Below are positions 18,336 through 28,245 of a stretch of DNA of 64,000 bases, piece by piece; the stretch's first letter is position 1, and each line of letters starts with the position of its first letter. Source of the DNA: an uncultured delta proteobacterium (GTDB lineage Bacteria > Myxococcota_A > Polyangia > Palsa-1104); contig CAWAWS010000020.1 of assembly GCA_963785725.1 (NCBI GenBank), forward strand, positions 224,001-288,000, in the 5' to 3' direction. Made by a program: the position numbers and the translations under genes. The notes beneath the pieces were generated by a model. It was not told the DNA's origin and did no database searches. It saw only the letters and a list, made by a program, of their open reading frames with translations.

Positions 18336-19520
18336 TCAGCGGAAACGATCGAGCAGCGTGGCGACGACCATGTCGCTGGCGACGTTGGCGGCGGCGCGCA
18401 GCCGGCCGAGCAGCCAATCGACCGGCAACAACAGCGGCGCCGCCGCCAGCGGCAGGCCGACGCGACCGAACACGAGCGTCAACGTCATCATCCCCGCTTC
18501 CGGCACACCCGCGATCCCGACCGCCGCCGCCACCGACTGTCCGATGAGCGTCAGCTGCTGGTCGAAGCCGAGCGGAATGCCGTAGAGCTGCGCCACGAAC
18601 AGCGCCGCCGTCGCTTCGTAGAGGATGATGCCGTCGTGGTTGAGGTTGGTGCCGACGACCGCGGCCAGCCGCGCCGACGGCTCCGAGACCTGCATCTCGC
18701 GATCGAGCGTCCGCAGCGTCACCGGCAGCGTCGCCAGGCTCGAGCCGGCGGCCAGCGCCGTGCCGAGCGCGTCGGCGCCGTGGCGGAAGAAGCGCGCCGG
18801 CGAGCGCCGCGCGACGACGGCCAGCACCAGCGAGTACCAGCCGAACACGTGCAGCACGATGCCCGCGGTCACCATGAGGATGAAGAGGCCGAGGACGGGA
18901 AACATCGCCAGACCGCTCGTGCCGACGATGCTGGCCATGACGCCGAACATCGCCAGCGGCACGAAGCGCACGATGAAGCCGAGCGCCGCCAAGAAGAGGC
19001 CGAGCAGCCGCTTGGCCACGCTCGCCGCCACGCGCGCCGGCGCCAGCGTCCGCGTCAGGCGCAGGAGAATGCCCGTCGTGAGCGCCGCCAAGATGACCCA
19101 CAAGAGGTTCCTGACCGCGAAGTGATCGAGGAAGTGTTTGACGAGGTCGAGCGTGCTCACCGGCGCCGGCCGATTGACGATGGCGCGCAGCTTGGCGACG
19201 TCGACGAAGCGACCGAGCGGCAGCGCGTGGCCGAGACCGAGCGCGATCGCCGCCGCGACCAGCGCGTTGATGGCGCTGACCGGCAGGAGGATGAGCGCGC
19301 GCCTGAGCGGCACCTGCGTGGCGCTGATCGTGTCGACGATGGCGAAGAAGACGAGCGGCGTCGCCAGCAGCTTCAGGAGCGCGATGAACAGCTGCGCCAG
19401 CTCGCCGAGAATGGCCGCGCGCGCGCCCAGGCCGCGACCGACGAGGCCACCGGCGACGAGGGCGAGGAGCAGCTGAGCGAGCAAAGGCACGCGCGGGCGC
19501 GGCGCGGCGGCGTCGTGCAT
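18336..19520 (-). CDS. Dicarboxylate/amino acid:cation symporter (DAACS/SDF)
   Basis: LLKLLATPLVF, GSSLATLP, NLNHDG, GIAGVP, VDWLLGRLR..NV. Confidence 0.85.
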   Translation of the reverse strand: MHDAAAPRPRVPLLAQLLLALVAGGLVGRGLGARAAILGELAQLFIALLKLLATPLVFFAIVDTISATQVPLRRALILLPVSAINALVAAAIALGLGHALPLGRFVDVAKLRAIVNRPAPVSTLDLVKHFLDHFAVRNLLWVILAALTTGILLRLTRTLAPARVAASVAKRLLGLFLAALGFIVRFVPLAMFGVMASIVGTSGLAMFPVLGLFILMVTAGIVLHVFGWYSLVLAVVARRSPARFFRHGADALGTALAAGSSLATLPVTLRTLDREMQVSEPSARLAAVVGTNLNHDGIILYEATAALFVAQLYGIPLGFDQQLTLIGQSVAAAVGIAGVPEAGMMTLTLVFGRVGLPLAAAPLLLPVDWLLGRLRAAANVASDMVVATLLDRFR

Positions 19521-19857
19521 CGGCGCATCCTAGACCGCTTTTTTGGCGAATGGATCGACGAAGGCGGCCGAAATCGCCGGCCGCTGACGAGCGGCGGTCA
19601 GCGGCGAGTGACGTAGCCGGCGTCTTGATTGCCGGCGACGGCACGGCCGCACCCGCTGCCGCGCTCGATCGGCGACGCGAGCATCGAGCGGTGCGCGCGA
19701 TCATCGCCAGCACGTCGCCCTCGAGGCTGCCCAGCGCCTGCTCGGGCTGCTTGCGATCGACGGTCAAATTGCCGTCGCCGGCGTCTTGCAAGGCGAGCGG
19801 CGGCGAGCCGCGCGCCAATCGTGCGGCTCGGCGATGCCGGGCGCGGCGGGCGTCGCG

Positions 19858-21711
19858 TCAGCCGGCGACGGCGCGCCGCGTGCCGGCGACCTTGGGGACG
19901 CGCTCGCCGTCGGCGTCGAGGCGGCGCGCTTCGGCCGCGATGATGTCGCCGCGCGTGAGGATGCCGACCAGCTGCCCCGACGGCGCGCGCGCGACGACCG
20001 GCAGCCGGCCGACGCCGTGACGCGCCATCACGTCGACGGCCTCGCGCAGCGACTGATCGGCGTGCAGCACGATCGGTCGCCGTCGTGGCAGCGTCGCCAA
20101 GCGCGCCAACGGGTCGAGGTCGGCGACCGCGAGGTCACGCCGCGTCAGCACGCCGACGACGTGGCCGGCGCCGTCGACGAGCGGGAAGCCTTGATGGGCG
20201 GCGCCGCTGCCGGCGGCCAAGAGGTCGCGCGCGGCGGCGATGGTCGAGGTCGCCGCCAGCGTCACCACCGCGCGCGACATGTGCGCGGCGACCGTGCGTG
20301 AGGCCAAAAAGTCGGCCAGATATTCGCCGGCGACGTGCACGCCACGGCGCGCGATCTTCTCGGTCATGATCGAGTTGCGCATCACCAAGCAGGCGACGAG
20401 GTGAGCGGCGGCGCCGCCGCCGAGCAGCGGCAGGAGGCCGACCGGCTGGCGCGTCGTCTCGTACGCGAACACCACCGAGGCCAAGAGCGCGCGCGAGGCG
20501 CCGGCGAACATCGCCGCCATGCCGACGAGGCCGGCCAGGCGCGCATCGACGCCGAGCGCCGGCAAGACCGCGGCGATGCCGGCGCCGAGCAGCGCGCCCA
20601 CGCCGCCGCCGACGGTGAAGAGCGGCGCCAGCGTGCCGCCGGACGTGCCCGAGCCGAGCGCCACCGTCCACGACACGAGCTTGAGCACGCACAGGATTGC
20701 CAGGGCGCGGCCGGCGATGGAGCCGGAGACGATCGCGTCCAAGTTGTCGTAACCGACGCCGAGCGTGTGCGGCGCGACGAAGCCGACGGCGCCGACGACG
20801 ACGCCGCCGAGCGCCGGCCACCACATCCAATGAATCGGCAGCCGCTCGAAGGCATCCTCGACGGCGTAGACGGCGCGCGTCACCGCCACCGAGATGAGGC
20901 CGGTCAAGGCGCCGATGAGGACGTAGACGACGAGCGCGCCGCTCGACGGCTGCGCCAGCGCCGGCATCGCGAAGGCTGCGGCCGCGCCCACGACGGCGTA
21001 GCGAGCGGCGGTCGCCGTGACCGCGGCCAGCGCGACCGGGATGAGCGAGCGGGCGCGATACTCGAACAGGAGGAGCTCGACCGCCAAGAGCAGCGCCGAC
21101 AGCGGCGCGCCGAACGTCGCGGCCATGCCGGCGGCCGCGCCGGCGGCCAGCAGCGTCTTGCGCTCCTGCGCGCTCATGCGGATGCGCTGGCCGACGAGCG
21201 AGCCGAGCGCGCCGCCGGTGGCGATGATCGGCCCTTCGGCGCCGAACGGGCCGCCGCTGCCGATCGACAGCGCCGCCGACAGCGGCTTGAGCAGCGTCAG
21301 CCGCGCCGGAATGCGGCTCTCGTTGGTGAGCACCTGCTCCATCGCCTCGGGGATGCCGTGGCCGCGAATGGCGCGCGAGCCGTAGCGGGCCATGAGGCCG
21401 ACGACGATGGCGCCCGCCACCGGCACGAGCACGACCCACGGCCCGAGATGATTGTCGGCCGGCGACACCGGCGCCACCGACCAGCGGCCGAAAAAGCACA
21501 GGTTGGTCACGAAGGCGATGAGCCGCGTCAACAGCTGCGCCACCGCCGCCGCGGCCAGGCCGAGCGCGATCGCCAGCGCGCTCACGAACACGACGCGGCG
21601 GTCGACGAGCGAGCGGCGCGGCTCGTGCGCGGCCGGCACCGTCAGCGAAGGCGCCACCGGCAGCGCGCCCGCTTCGATCACCGGCGGTGGCGTAATTATA
21701 TGGTGTCCCAT
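19858..21711 (-). CDS. ClC-family chloride channel/antiporter with C-terminal CBS pair
   Basis: GHGIPE, GAEGP, GAAAGMAATFGAP, GTSGGTLAP, two CBS domains. True start may be GTG at 21681. Confidence 0.92.
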   Translation of the reverse strand: MGHHIITPPPVIEAGALPVAPSLTVPAAHEPRRSLVDRRVVFVSALAIALGLAAAAVAQLLTRLIAFVTNLCFFGRWSVAPVSPADNHLGPWVVLVPVAGAIVVGLMARYGSRAIRGHGIPEAMEQVLTNESRIPARLTLLKPLSAALSIGSGGPFGAEGPIIATGGALGSLVGQRIRMSAQERKTLLAAGAAAGMAATFGAPLSALLLAVELLLFEYRARSLIPVALAAVTATAARYAVVGAAAAFAMPALAQPSSGALVVYVLIGALTGLISVAVTRAVYAVEDAFERLPIHWMWWPALGGVVVGAVGFVAPHTLGVGYDNLDAIVSGSIAGRALAILCVLKLVSWTVALGSGTSGGTLAPLFTVGGGVGALLGAGIAAVLPALGVDARLAGLVGMAAMFAGASRALLASVVFAYETTRQPVGLLPLLGGGAAAHLVACLVMRNSIMTEKIARRGVHVAGEYLADFLASRTVAAHMSRAVVTLAATSTIAAARDLLAAGSGAAHQGFPLVDGAGHVVGVLTRRDLAVADLDPLARLATLPRRRPIVLHADQSLREAVDVMARHGVGRLPVVARAPSGQLVGILTRGDIIAAEARRLDADGERVPKVAGTRRAVAG

Positions 21712-21732
21712 TTATTTGGATCCCATATAATT
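21694..21732. promoter_or_regulatory. AT-rich inverted repeat / tandem operator at the ClC gene start
   Basis: AATTATATGG...CCATATAATT with perfect 10-bp arms; matches the motif before marR at 37085. Confidence 0.65.
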
Positions 21733-21961
21733 CACGAAAGAGGCAGCGTCAACCTGCGACAGTCGCGATCGTGCGACCGCGCATGGGGCGGCGGGACGGA
21801 GGCGCGGACGCCGAAGCGACGGTCGATTTCGGCGAGCGACGATCTCGGCGCGCGACGATCGATTCCGGAGGATGGTGGGCTCGGCGGGCGGCCCCCGCCG
21901 CCCGCCCTAAATTATCGTCACCGGCGCCGAAAAGTTGCTACCTGCCGCCTGCTCGAATCCG

Positions 21962-24121
21962 TCAGTGCGTATTGTAGATTCCGACGCGGTATTCACCCCG
22001 CCCGTCGTCGACCTTGGCCTGGAAGTGGTACAAGCCGGCGACTGCCGTGCAGTACGTCATGCGCGCGTGCGGCGACGACTCGCGGATGTCTTTGACCCGC
22101 TTGCCGTTCGGCCCCCACAAGTACAAATACAGCCCTTTGACGCCGTCGCCACCTTCGCCGAAGAACGTGTAGCACTGGGCGACGGGCAGCTGGACGTACC
22201 AATCGCTGCGCCCGCCTTCGTCGGCGGCGACGCCGCGATAGATGTCGCCGAGGCGGTGCACGCCCGGCTCGGCCTGCGCCGCCGTGCGCTCGACCAACGC
22301 GCTCAGCGCATCCGACGGTCGCGCCGGCGCGGCCGGCTTCGACGGCGCTTTCGCCGCCGGCGCCGGCGCGCCATACGGCTCGAGCGGCGCGTCCTTGTCG
22401 GCGGCGTGCGCGCCCTTCCCGACCGTCTTGCCGGCGACGGCAGCCGGCTTGACCGCCGCCGCCGCCGCCTTTGCCGGCGCCGTCGTCTTCGTCGCGGCCG
22501 CGTCCTTGCCGCCCGGCCCGCTCGCGACCACGCGGCCCGTCTTGTGCGCGCGCTCCAACGTCACCATCACTTTGTGCGCGGCCGCGGGGTCGATCGCGAC
22601 CGTCTTGTCCGCGAACCCGTCCTTGCGCAAAAGGACGCTCGCCGGCGCCGCCAACGCCAGCGTCTCCGGCGTCTCGCCCACGACCTTGTCGTCACGAATG
22701 ATCTGCGCGCCCGTCGGCACCGAGTCGACGATGACCTGCGTCGCCGGCGGCTGCGGAATCGCCGGCGGCGTCGGTGCCGGCGCGATCGGCTGCGGCGTCG
22801 GCGGCCCATTCGCGACGACCGGCGCCGGCGCATGCGGCCACAAACGCCAACCGAGCGCGCAGACGATGACGAGCGCCGCCAACGCCAACCCGACATTGCG
22901 CGGCGTATTCGATCGCACCGCCGCGAGCTGCGCGCTCGTCGACGGCGGCATCGTCGCCGGCGGCGCGTCCGTCGTCGCCGGCGGATTCGTCAGCGGCGGA
23001 TTCGACGACGGCGCGTTCGTCAGCGGCGGATTCGACCGTCGCATCGGCGCCGCGGTCACCGGCGGCGCCTCGCTCAGCGCCGCGGCGCCGCCGGCGACCG
23101 CCGGCATGTTGCGATCGGCGCCCTTCCTGGTACCGGGCGGTACCGGCGTCGGCGTGCGCGCGGCCGCCGTCGACGGCGCCGCCGGCAAGGTCGCGGCCAC
23201 CGCCTGCAGCGCCGCGACGAGCTCGCCCATCGTCGCAAAGCGCGCCGCCGGCTCCTTCGCCAGCGCGTGCATGATCGTCGCCTCCAGCGCCGGCGGAATC
23301 TCGCGCTCGGGCGCCAGCCGCGACGGCGCCACCGGCGTGGCCGCGATCTGCTGACTCAAGATCTGCACCGACGACTCACCGCCGAACGGCACCGATCCCG
23401 TCGCCGTCTCGTACAAAATCACGCCCAGCGCGTAGACGTCGGCGCGCGCATCGGCCGGCTGACCTTTGGCCTGCTCGGGCGACATATAAAGCGGCGTGCC
23501 GAAAATCGCGCCCGTCCGCGTCAGATTCGACGGCTCGTCGGCACCCGTCACTTTGGCGATGCCGAAGTCGAGAATCTTCGCCACCTGCGCGCTGCCTTTA
23601 CGCGCGAGGAAGATATTCTCCGGCTTCATATCGCGATGCACGATCCCTTTGTCGTGCGCCGCCGCCAACCCTTGTCCGACGGCAATCAAGATCGCCAGCG
23701 CCTCGGGCAGCATGAGCGGCGGACCATCGCGCATGCGCTCGGCCAGCGACTGCCCGTCGAGAAACTCCATCGCCAAATAGACTTCGCCCGAAGGCAGCGT
23801 CGCGAAGTCATCGATCTCGACGATGTTGGCGTGGCCGATCGAGGATGCAGCCCACGCTTCCTGCCGAAACCGCGCCAAGGACGACGCCGAGCCGACGACC
23901 TCGGGCTTGAGCAGCTTCAGCGCGAAACGCTTGTTGATGTTGAGGTGCTGCGCCTCGAACACCTGCCCCATGCCGCCTTCGCCGAGCAAACGCACGATGC
24001 GATAACGATCGGCCAACACTTTGCCGATGAGCCCGGCGCCGCCTTCGAGCAGCAGCGCGGTTCCGTCAGTCGCACAAAAAGCCCCGGCTTCATAGTGCGC
24101 TTTACACGTGGGACAGATCAT
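21962..24121 (-). CDS. Membrane Ser/Thr protein kinase with PEGA-like and C-terminal beta-sandwich domains
   Basis: N-terminal CxxC..C, GEGGMG, ALK, HRDMKPEN, DFG, GTPLYMSPEQ, TM helix, DSVPTGA PEGA-like segment. Confidence 0.92.
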   Translation of the reverse strand: MICPTCKAHYEAGAFCATDGTALLLEGGAGLIGKVLADRYRIVRLLGEGGMGQVFEAQHLNINKRFALKLLKPEVVGSASSLARFRQEAWAASSIGHANIVEIDDFATLPSGEVYLAMEFLDGQSLAERMRDGPPLMLPEALAILIAVGQGLAAAHDKGIVHRDMKPENIFLARKGSAQVAKILDFGIAKVTGADEPSNLTRTGAIFGTPLYMSPEQAKGQPADARADVYALGVILYETATGSVPFGGESSVQILSQQIAATPVAPSRLAPEREIPPALEATIMHALAKEPAARFATMGELVAALQAVAATLPAAPSTAAARTPTPVPPGTRKGADRNMPAVAGGAAALSEAPPVTAAPMRRSNPPLTNAPSSNPPLTNPPATTDAPPATMPPSTSAQLAAVRSNTPRNVGLALAALVIVCALGWRLWPHAPAPVVANGPPTPQPIAPAPTPPAIPQPPATQVIVDSVPTGAQIIRDDKVVGETPETLALAAPASVLLRKDGFADKTVAIDPAAAHKVMVTLERAHKTGRVVASGPGGKDAAATKTTAPAKAAAAAVKPAAVAGKTVGKGAHAADKDAPLEPYGAPAPAAKAPSKPAAPARPSDALSALVERTAAQAEPGVHRLGDIYRGVAADEGGRSDWYVQLPVAQCYTFFGEGGDGVKGLYLYLWGPNGKRVKDIRESSPHARMTYCTAVAGLYHFQAKVDDGRGEYRVGIYNTH

Positions 24122-24126
24122 GACGA

Positions 24127-24750
24127 TTAGATCACGTACGGAATGATGAGCTTGGTTTGCGCTTTGTATTGCGCGAATGTCGGATAACGCGAGAGCGACT
24201 TATCCTTCCGCACCATATTCGGGATCCAAACGGTGGCGATGATCAGCGTCAGCGCCGCCAGTGGAATCCAGCTCATCGGCAACAGCGAAAATCCCGCGTA
24301 AATGAGCAGCTCGCCGAGATAGTTCGGATTACGAACCAATCCCCATAAGCCTTCGGTGAGCAGCGTGCCGCGGCGATGGGCCATCGACATATGCTTCTGC
24401 ATGTCACTGGCGAAATGCAGGAATACACCGAACGTATACATCGAAATGCAGACGCATAAGAACCAAGGCGGCGCGACGCGGGCACGGCCGGTGACGATGA
24501 GCCACGGCGAAATCCAATAGAGCGACAGCGTCGCCCAGGTGCCGAGGCCGAGCCAAAGCGGGACGTCGCGCTCCCAATTCTTGTCGCCGTAATACTTACT
24601 CTTGAGCATCCATAAGACGCCATAAGTGCCGTGCAGCGCCAAATAGATCCAGGCGACGACATTGTCCCACGCGTGATACCAGGCGATGAGACCGAGGACG
24701 AAAGGGCCGGTCATGCCCTTGTGCGAGTCGATCCAGTATTTGTGCTTCAC
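24127..24750 (-). CDS. DUF1295 / steroid 5-alpha-reductase-like (ICMT superfamily) membrane protein
   Basis: SDMQK, GLWGLVRNPNYLGE.LIY, Y...T...IPY; GTG start 6 nt after TAGACT. Confidence 0.75.
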   Translation of the reverse strand: MKHKYWIDSHKGMTGPFVLGLIAWYHAWDNVVAWIYLALHGTYGVLWMLKSKYYGDKNWERDVPLWLGLGTWATLSLYWISPWLIVTGRARVAPPWFLCVCISMYTFGVFLHFASDMQKHMSMAHRRGTLLTEGLWGLVRNPNYLGELLIYAGFSLLPMSWIPLAALTLIIATVWIPNMVRKDKSLSRYPTFAQYKAQTKLIIPYVI

Positions 24751-24827
24751 GGGCAAAGTCTAGAACAGCGGCGACGCGGGCACCAGACGTCGCGGAAGGT
24801 CGGACCGGCGGCGCGCGTACACTGAGG

Positions 24828-25676
24828 ATGTTCGCGCTGCTCCTCCTGACGCTGGCAGGCACGCTGCCCGACCACGGCATCTATCCCGAGCTGGCCGCGC
24901 AGGTGACGCTGGAGTCGCCGCGCCACGTCGATCCGGCGCGGAATTGGCTGCGCATCGATCGGCACCATCACATTGGTACACTGTACGACGGCGATGATCC
25001 GCTAGCGCTTTATCCGCTCGATCATGCCGGACGGCTCGCGGTCGAGCCGGCGGCCGCCGCCGAGCTGAGCGCGCTGCGCACGGTCACCGGCGCGCCGTCG
25101 CCGGACGAAGATCGCGACGGCGACGGCATCGTCGATCGCTTGGACGTGCTCCTTGGCGCCAAGAAGCTGCTCTATAACGGAGCCCGCTATATCGAGCGTT
25201 ATGTCAGCATTCCTTATCCCGACGGCGACGTGCCGCGGGACGAAGGGGTGTGCAGCGACACCGTCATTCGCGCGCTGCGCAACGCCGGGCTCGATCTGCA
25301 GCGCGCCGTGCACGAGGATATTCTGCGCGCGCCGGCGGCCTATCCAATGGTCGAGCACGTCGACGCCAGCATCAATCATCGGCGCGTGCGCACGTTGTTG
25401 CCGTGGTTCGAGCGGCATTGGCGGCGTCTGCCGGCAGGTAACGACTATCGTCCCGGCGATATCGTCTTCTTCGACACCATGCCGACGCGACCGGGGCCGG
25501 ATCATATCGGCGTCGTCAGCGATCGGCACAATCGCGACGGATTGCCGCTCGTCATCAACAACTGGACCGATGGCGCCACCGACGCCGAGATGGATCTTCT
25601 ATCGTGGGTGCCGGTCACGCATCACTATCGTTGGTCAACTCACTTGACGACTGGCGGTAAATCCCAGCTACGCTGA
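24828..25676 (+). CDS. DUF1287 (YijF-like) domain protein
   Basis: YPDGDVP..GVCSDTVIRALR, DLQ..VHED, I.HRRV, PGDIV, HIGVVSD; signal peptide. Confidence 0.8.
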   Translation: MFALLLLTLAGTLPDHGIYPELAAQVTLESPRHVDPARNWLRIDRHHHIGTLYDGDDPLALYPLDHAGRLAVEPAAAAELSALRTVTGAPSPDEDRDGDGIVDRLDVLLGAKKLLYNGARYIERYVSIPYPDGDVPRDEGVCSDTVIRALRNAGLDLQRAVHEDILRAPAAYPMVEHVDASINHRRVRTLLPWFERHWRRLPAGNDYRPGDIVFFDTMPTRPGPDHIGVVSDRHNRDGLPLVINNWTDGATDAEMDLLSWVPVTHHYRWSTHLTTGGKSQLR

Positions 25677-26455
25677 AGCTGCGCGTAGGTCGCGCGCGGC
25701 AGCTGCACGAGCACGGTGCGGCTGTCGAGCCAAGGCAACAGCTGGCGCAGCGACGAGAGCGCCATCGCCGTGCAGCCGACGGTGGGCGCGTTGGCGCGGC
25801 GCCACACGTGTAAGAAGACGCAGCTGCCGCGGCCGGGAACGCGCGCGGCGTTGTGGCGCACGAAGACGGTAAAGCGATAGAGCCCGTCGTCGCGGCGCAT
25901 CTTCTCGGCGGAGCTCCACGGCGGCGCGCTGTCGGGCGCGTCGATGAGCCGGTTGTAATATTGCGGCGCGGCGACGTCGTCGACGCAGCGCAGGCTGGGC
26001 GTGGCGGCGCGATAGGCGAGCTGCAAGCCGGGCGGCGGCACGGCGTCGTAGCCGGTGACGTCGCCGAGCGTGAAGAGGCCGGCGGGCGCGCGGCCGTCGC
26101 CTTCGCGCTTGTCGGGCCCGTCACTGTGCGGCGGGCGCGGCGTGATGCCGTCGCCCCAGCCGAGCCCGGCTTTGCCGACAGCGACCGGCACCGCGTCGCC
26201 GACGGGCCGCCAGGACGCGGACGGCGCGGCGCGCTCGAACCGATGCAGCGTGCCCGTCGTCGCGTCCCAGCCGTCGGTGACGACGACCAGCGCTCGCCGC
26301 ATCCCGGCCATCACCGCCGGGGACGACGCGATCCCGCCGTTCTCGTCCGTCTTCGTCGCCGCCGAGGTGCGCTGCGCGCGCGCCGCCGGCGAAGCCAAGC
26401 TCAGCAGCAAGACCACGGGTGCCTGCCGCAGCTGCAATCGGACGCGAAGACTCAC
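25640..26455 (-). CDS. L,D-transpeptidase-like (YkuD family) protein
   Basis: KREGDGRAPAG, GSCVFLHVW...TVGC catalytic His/Cys motif. Confidence 0.8.
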   Translation of the reverse strand: MSLRVRLQLRQAPVVLLLSLASPAARAQRTSAATKTDENGGIASSPAVMAGMRRALVVVTDGWDATTGTLHRFERAAPSASWRPVGDAVPVAVGKAGLGWGDGITPRPPHSDGPDKREGDGRAPAGLFTLGDVTGYDAVPPPGLQLAYRAATPSLRCVDDVAAPQYYNRLIDAPDSAPPWSSAEKMRRDDGLYRFTVFVRHNAARVPGRGSCVFLHVWRRANAPTVGCTAMALSSLRQLLPWLDSRTVLVQLPRATYAQLQRSWDLPPVVK

Positions 26456-26510
26456 GCGCCGATCATAACGCCAACGCCGCGGCCGAGCGCGCGACCGTCA
26501 TGAGCCGAAA

Positions 26511-26546
26511 ATGACCGGCGGTCATGAATTCGTGACTGCCGGTCAC
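26511..26546. repeat. Doublet of 15-bp palindromes forming one larger inverted repeat
   Basis: ATGACCG-G-CGGTCAT, GAATTC, GTGACTG-C-CGGTCAC; period 21 bp. Confidence 0.75.
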
Positions 26547-26602
26547 GACCTGTCGACGCCGCGACCGCGACAGACGCGGCGGCGCGCTGCTATGGTCGCG
26601 CC

Positions 26603-27295
26603 ATGGACACGCTCATCGGCACCAGCGGCTACTCGTACCCGGCGTGGAAGGGGCGCTTTTACCCGAAGAAAATGCCGGCGAAGCAGATGTTGCCGTTCTA
26701 CGCGAGCCACTTCTCGACGGTGGAGATCAACAACACCTTCTACAATATGCCGACGCCGGAGCTGGTGCAGTCGTGGGCCGACGAAGTGCCGGCGACGTTT
26801 CGCTTCGCCATCAAGGCGCCGCAGCGCATCACGCATCATTTGCGGCTCAAGAACGCCGGTGAGCCGCTGCGCGAGCTGTGGTCCTGCGTCGAGCCGCTGG
26901 CGAAAAAGCGCGGGCCGATTCTGTTTCAGCTGCCGCCCAATATGAAGAAGGATGTCGCCGTGCTCGCGACCTTCCTCGCAGAGCTGCCGGCCAAAGCCGC
27001 CGCCGCCTTCGAATTTCGGCACGCGAGCTGGTTCAGCGACGACGTCTACGACCTCTTGCGCGCGCGCAAAGTCGCCTTGTGCATCGCCGACACCGAGGAC
27101 CTGACGACGCCGCTCGTCGCCACCACCAGCTGGGGCTATGCGCGGCTGCGTCGCGAGGACTATTCGGCCGCCGACATTCGCCGCTGGGCCAAGCAGCTCG
27201 GCCAGCAGAAGTGGAAGCGAACCGTCGTCTACTTCAAGCACGAAGACGAAGCGAAAGGTCCACGTTTCGCGCAGTTACTGATCGACGCAATGTAA
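26603..27295 (+). CDS. DUF72 family protein
   Basis: IGTSGYSY..W.G.FYP, VEINNTFY, F.FAIKAP..ITH, LFQLPP, EFRH.SW, YFKH. Confidence 0.9.
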   Translation: MDTLIGTSGYSYPAWKGRFYPKKMPAKQMLPFYASHFSTVEINNTFYNMPTPELVQSWADEVPATFRFAIKAPQRITHHLRLKNAGEPLRELWSCVEPLAKKRGPILFQLPPNMKKDVAVLATFLAELPAKAAAAFEFRHASWFSDDVYDLLRARKVALCIADTEDLTTPLVATTSWGYARLRREDYSAADIRRWAKQLGQQKWKRTVVYFKHEDEAKGPRFAQLLIDAM

Positions 27296-27345
27296 GAGAT
27301 GTAGGTAATTTGGATACACAACAGGCATCATGCTAGGCTTTTGTC

Positions 27346-28215
27346 ATGGCGATGCGATCGATGGCTTCGGCGACCATCTCCTTCGGGTTGGTCAGTATTC
27401 CCGTCAAGCTCTATGCGGCCACGGAGTCGGGCGGGACAATCTCCTTCAATTTGCTGCACGAAAAATGCGGCTCGCGCTTGAAGCAGCAATACGTCTGCAT
27501 CAAGGAGGAGGTGGTCGTCCCGCGCGAGGAAATGATTAAGGGCTACGAGTTCCAAAAGGGTGAGTACGTCACCTTTAGCGCCGAAGAATTGAAAGAGCTC
27601 GAAGAGACCTCGACGCAGACCGTCGATATCACCGAGTTCGTGCCGTTGGCGCAGGTCGATCCCATCTACTTCGATCGCGCCTATTTCCTCGGTCCCGATA
27701 AGGGCGGCGATCGTCCTTATAAGCTGTTGGCGCGCGCCATGGCCGAGACCGGACGCGCGGCGCTGGCGAAGTATGCGGCGCGCGGCAAGATGTACCTCGT
27801 CCTCTTGCGACCGCTGGAAGAGAAGCTGGTCATGCAGCAGCTGCACTATGCCGACGAAGTGCGCGACATCGGCGAAGTTCCCGTCGGTGACGCGGAGCTG
27901 CGCGAGCCCGAGCTGAAGCTGGCCTTTCAGTTGGTCGAGCAGATCGCGCGCGAGACGTTCAATCCCGACGCTTACGAAGACGAAGTAAAGAAGCGCATCG
28001 AAGAGCAGGTTCAGCGCAAGATCGACGGGCAGCAGATTCAGTCGTTGCCCGATGGCCAAAAGCCGGCGCAAGTGATCGATTTAATGGAAGCGCTCAAAGC
28101 GAGCTTGGCGAAGCAGCCGGCGCCGCCCGCGAAAAAGCCGGCCAAACGCGTCGAAACGGAAGCGCCCGCGAAAGCCACCACCAAGACGACGAAGTCGCGC
28201 GGCTCCAAGTCTTAA
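27346..28215 (+). CDS. ku: Prokaryotic Ku DNA end-binding protein (NHEJ)
   Basis: ISFGLVSIPVKLY, IKGYE, FV...VDPIYFDRAYFL.P, VIDLMEALKASL, Lys-rich tail. Confidence 0.95.
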   Translation: MAMRSMASATISFGLVSIPVKLYAATESGGTISFNLLHEKCGSRLKQQYVCIKEEVVVPREEMIKGYEFQKGEYVTFSAEELKELEETSTQTVDITEFVPLAQVDPIYFDRAYFLGPDKGGDRPYKLLARAMAETGRAALAKYAARGKMYLVLLRPLEEKLVMQQLHYADEVRDIGEVPVGDAELREPELKLAFQLVEQIARETFNPDAYEDEVKKRIEEQVQRKIDGQQIQSLPDGQKPAQVIDLMEALKASLAKQPAPPAKKPAKRVETEAPAKATTKTTKSRGSKS

Positions 28216-28245
28216 TCGGCATACGGACTGCTAAAGGGATATCGA

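Noticed and set aside
19521..19857. Possible small gene between the DAACS and ClC genes
   Set aside because: No convincing start, stop or motif; only a GC hairpin (19580-19605) is evident.
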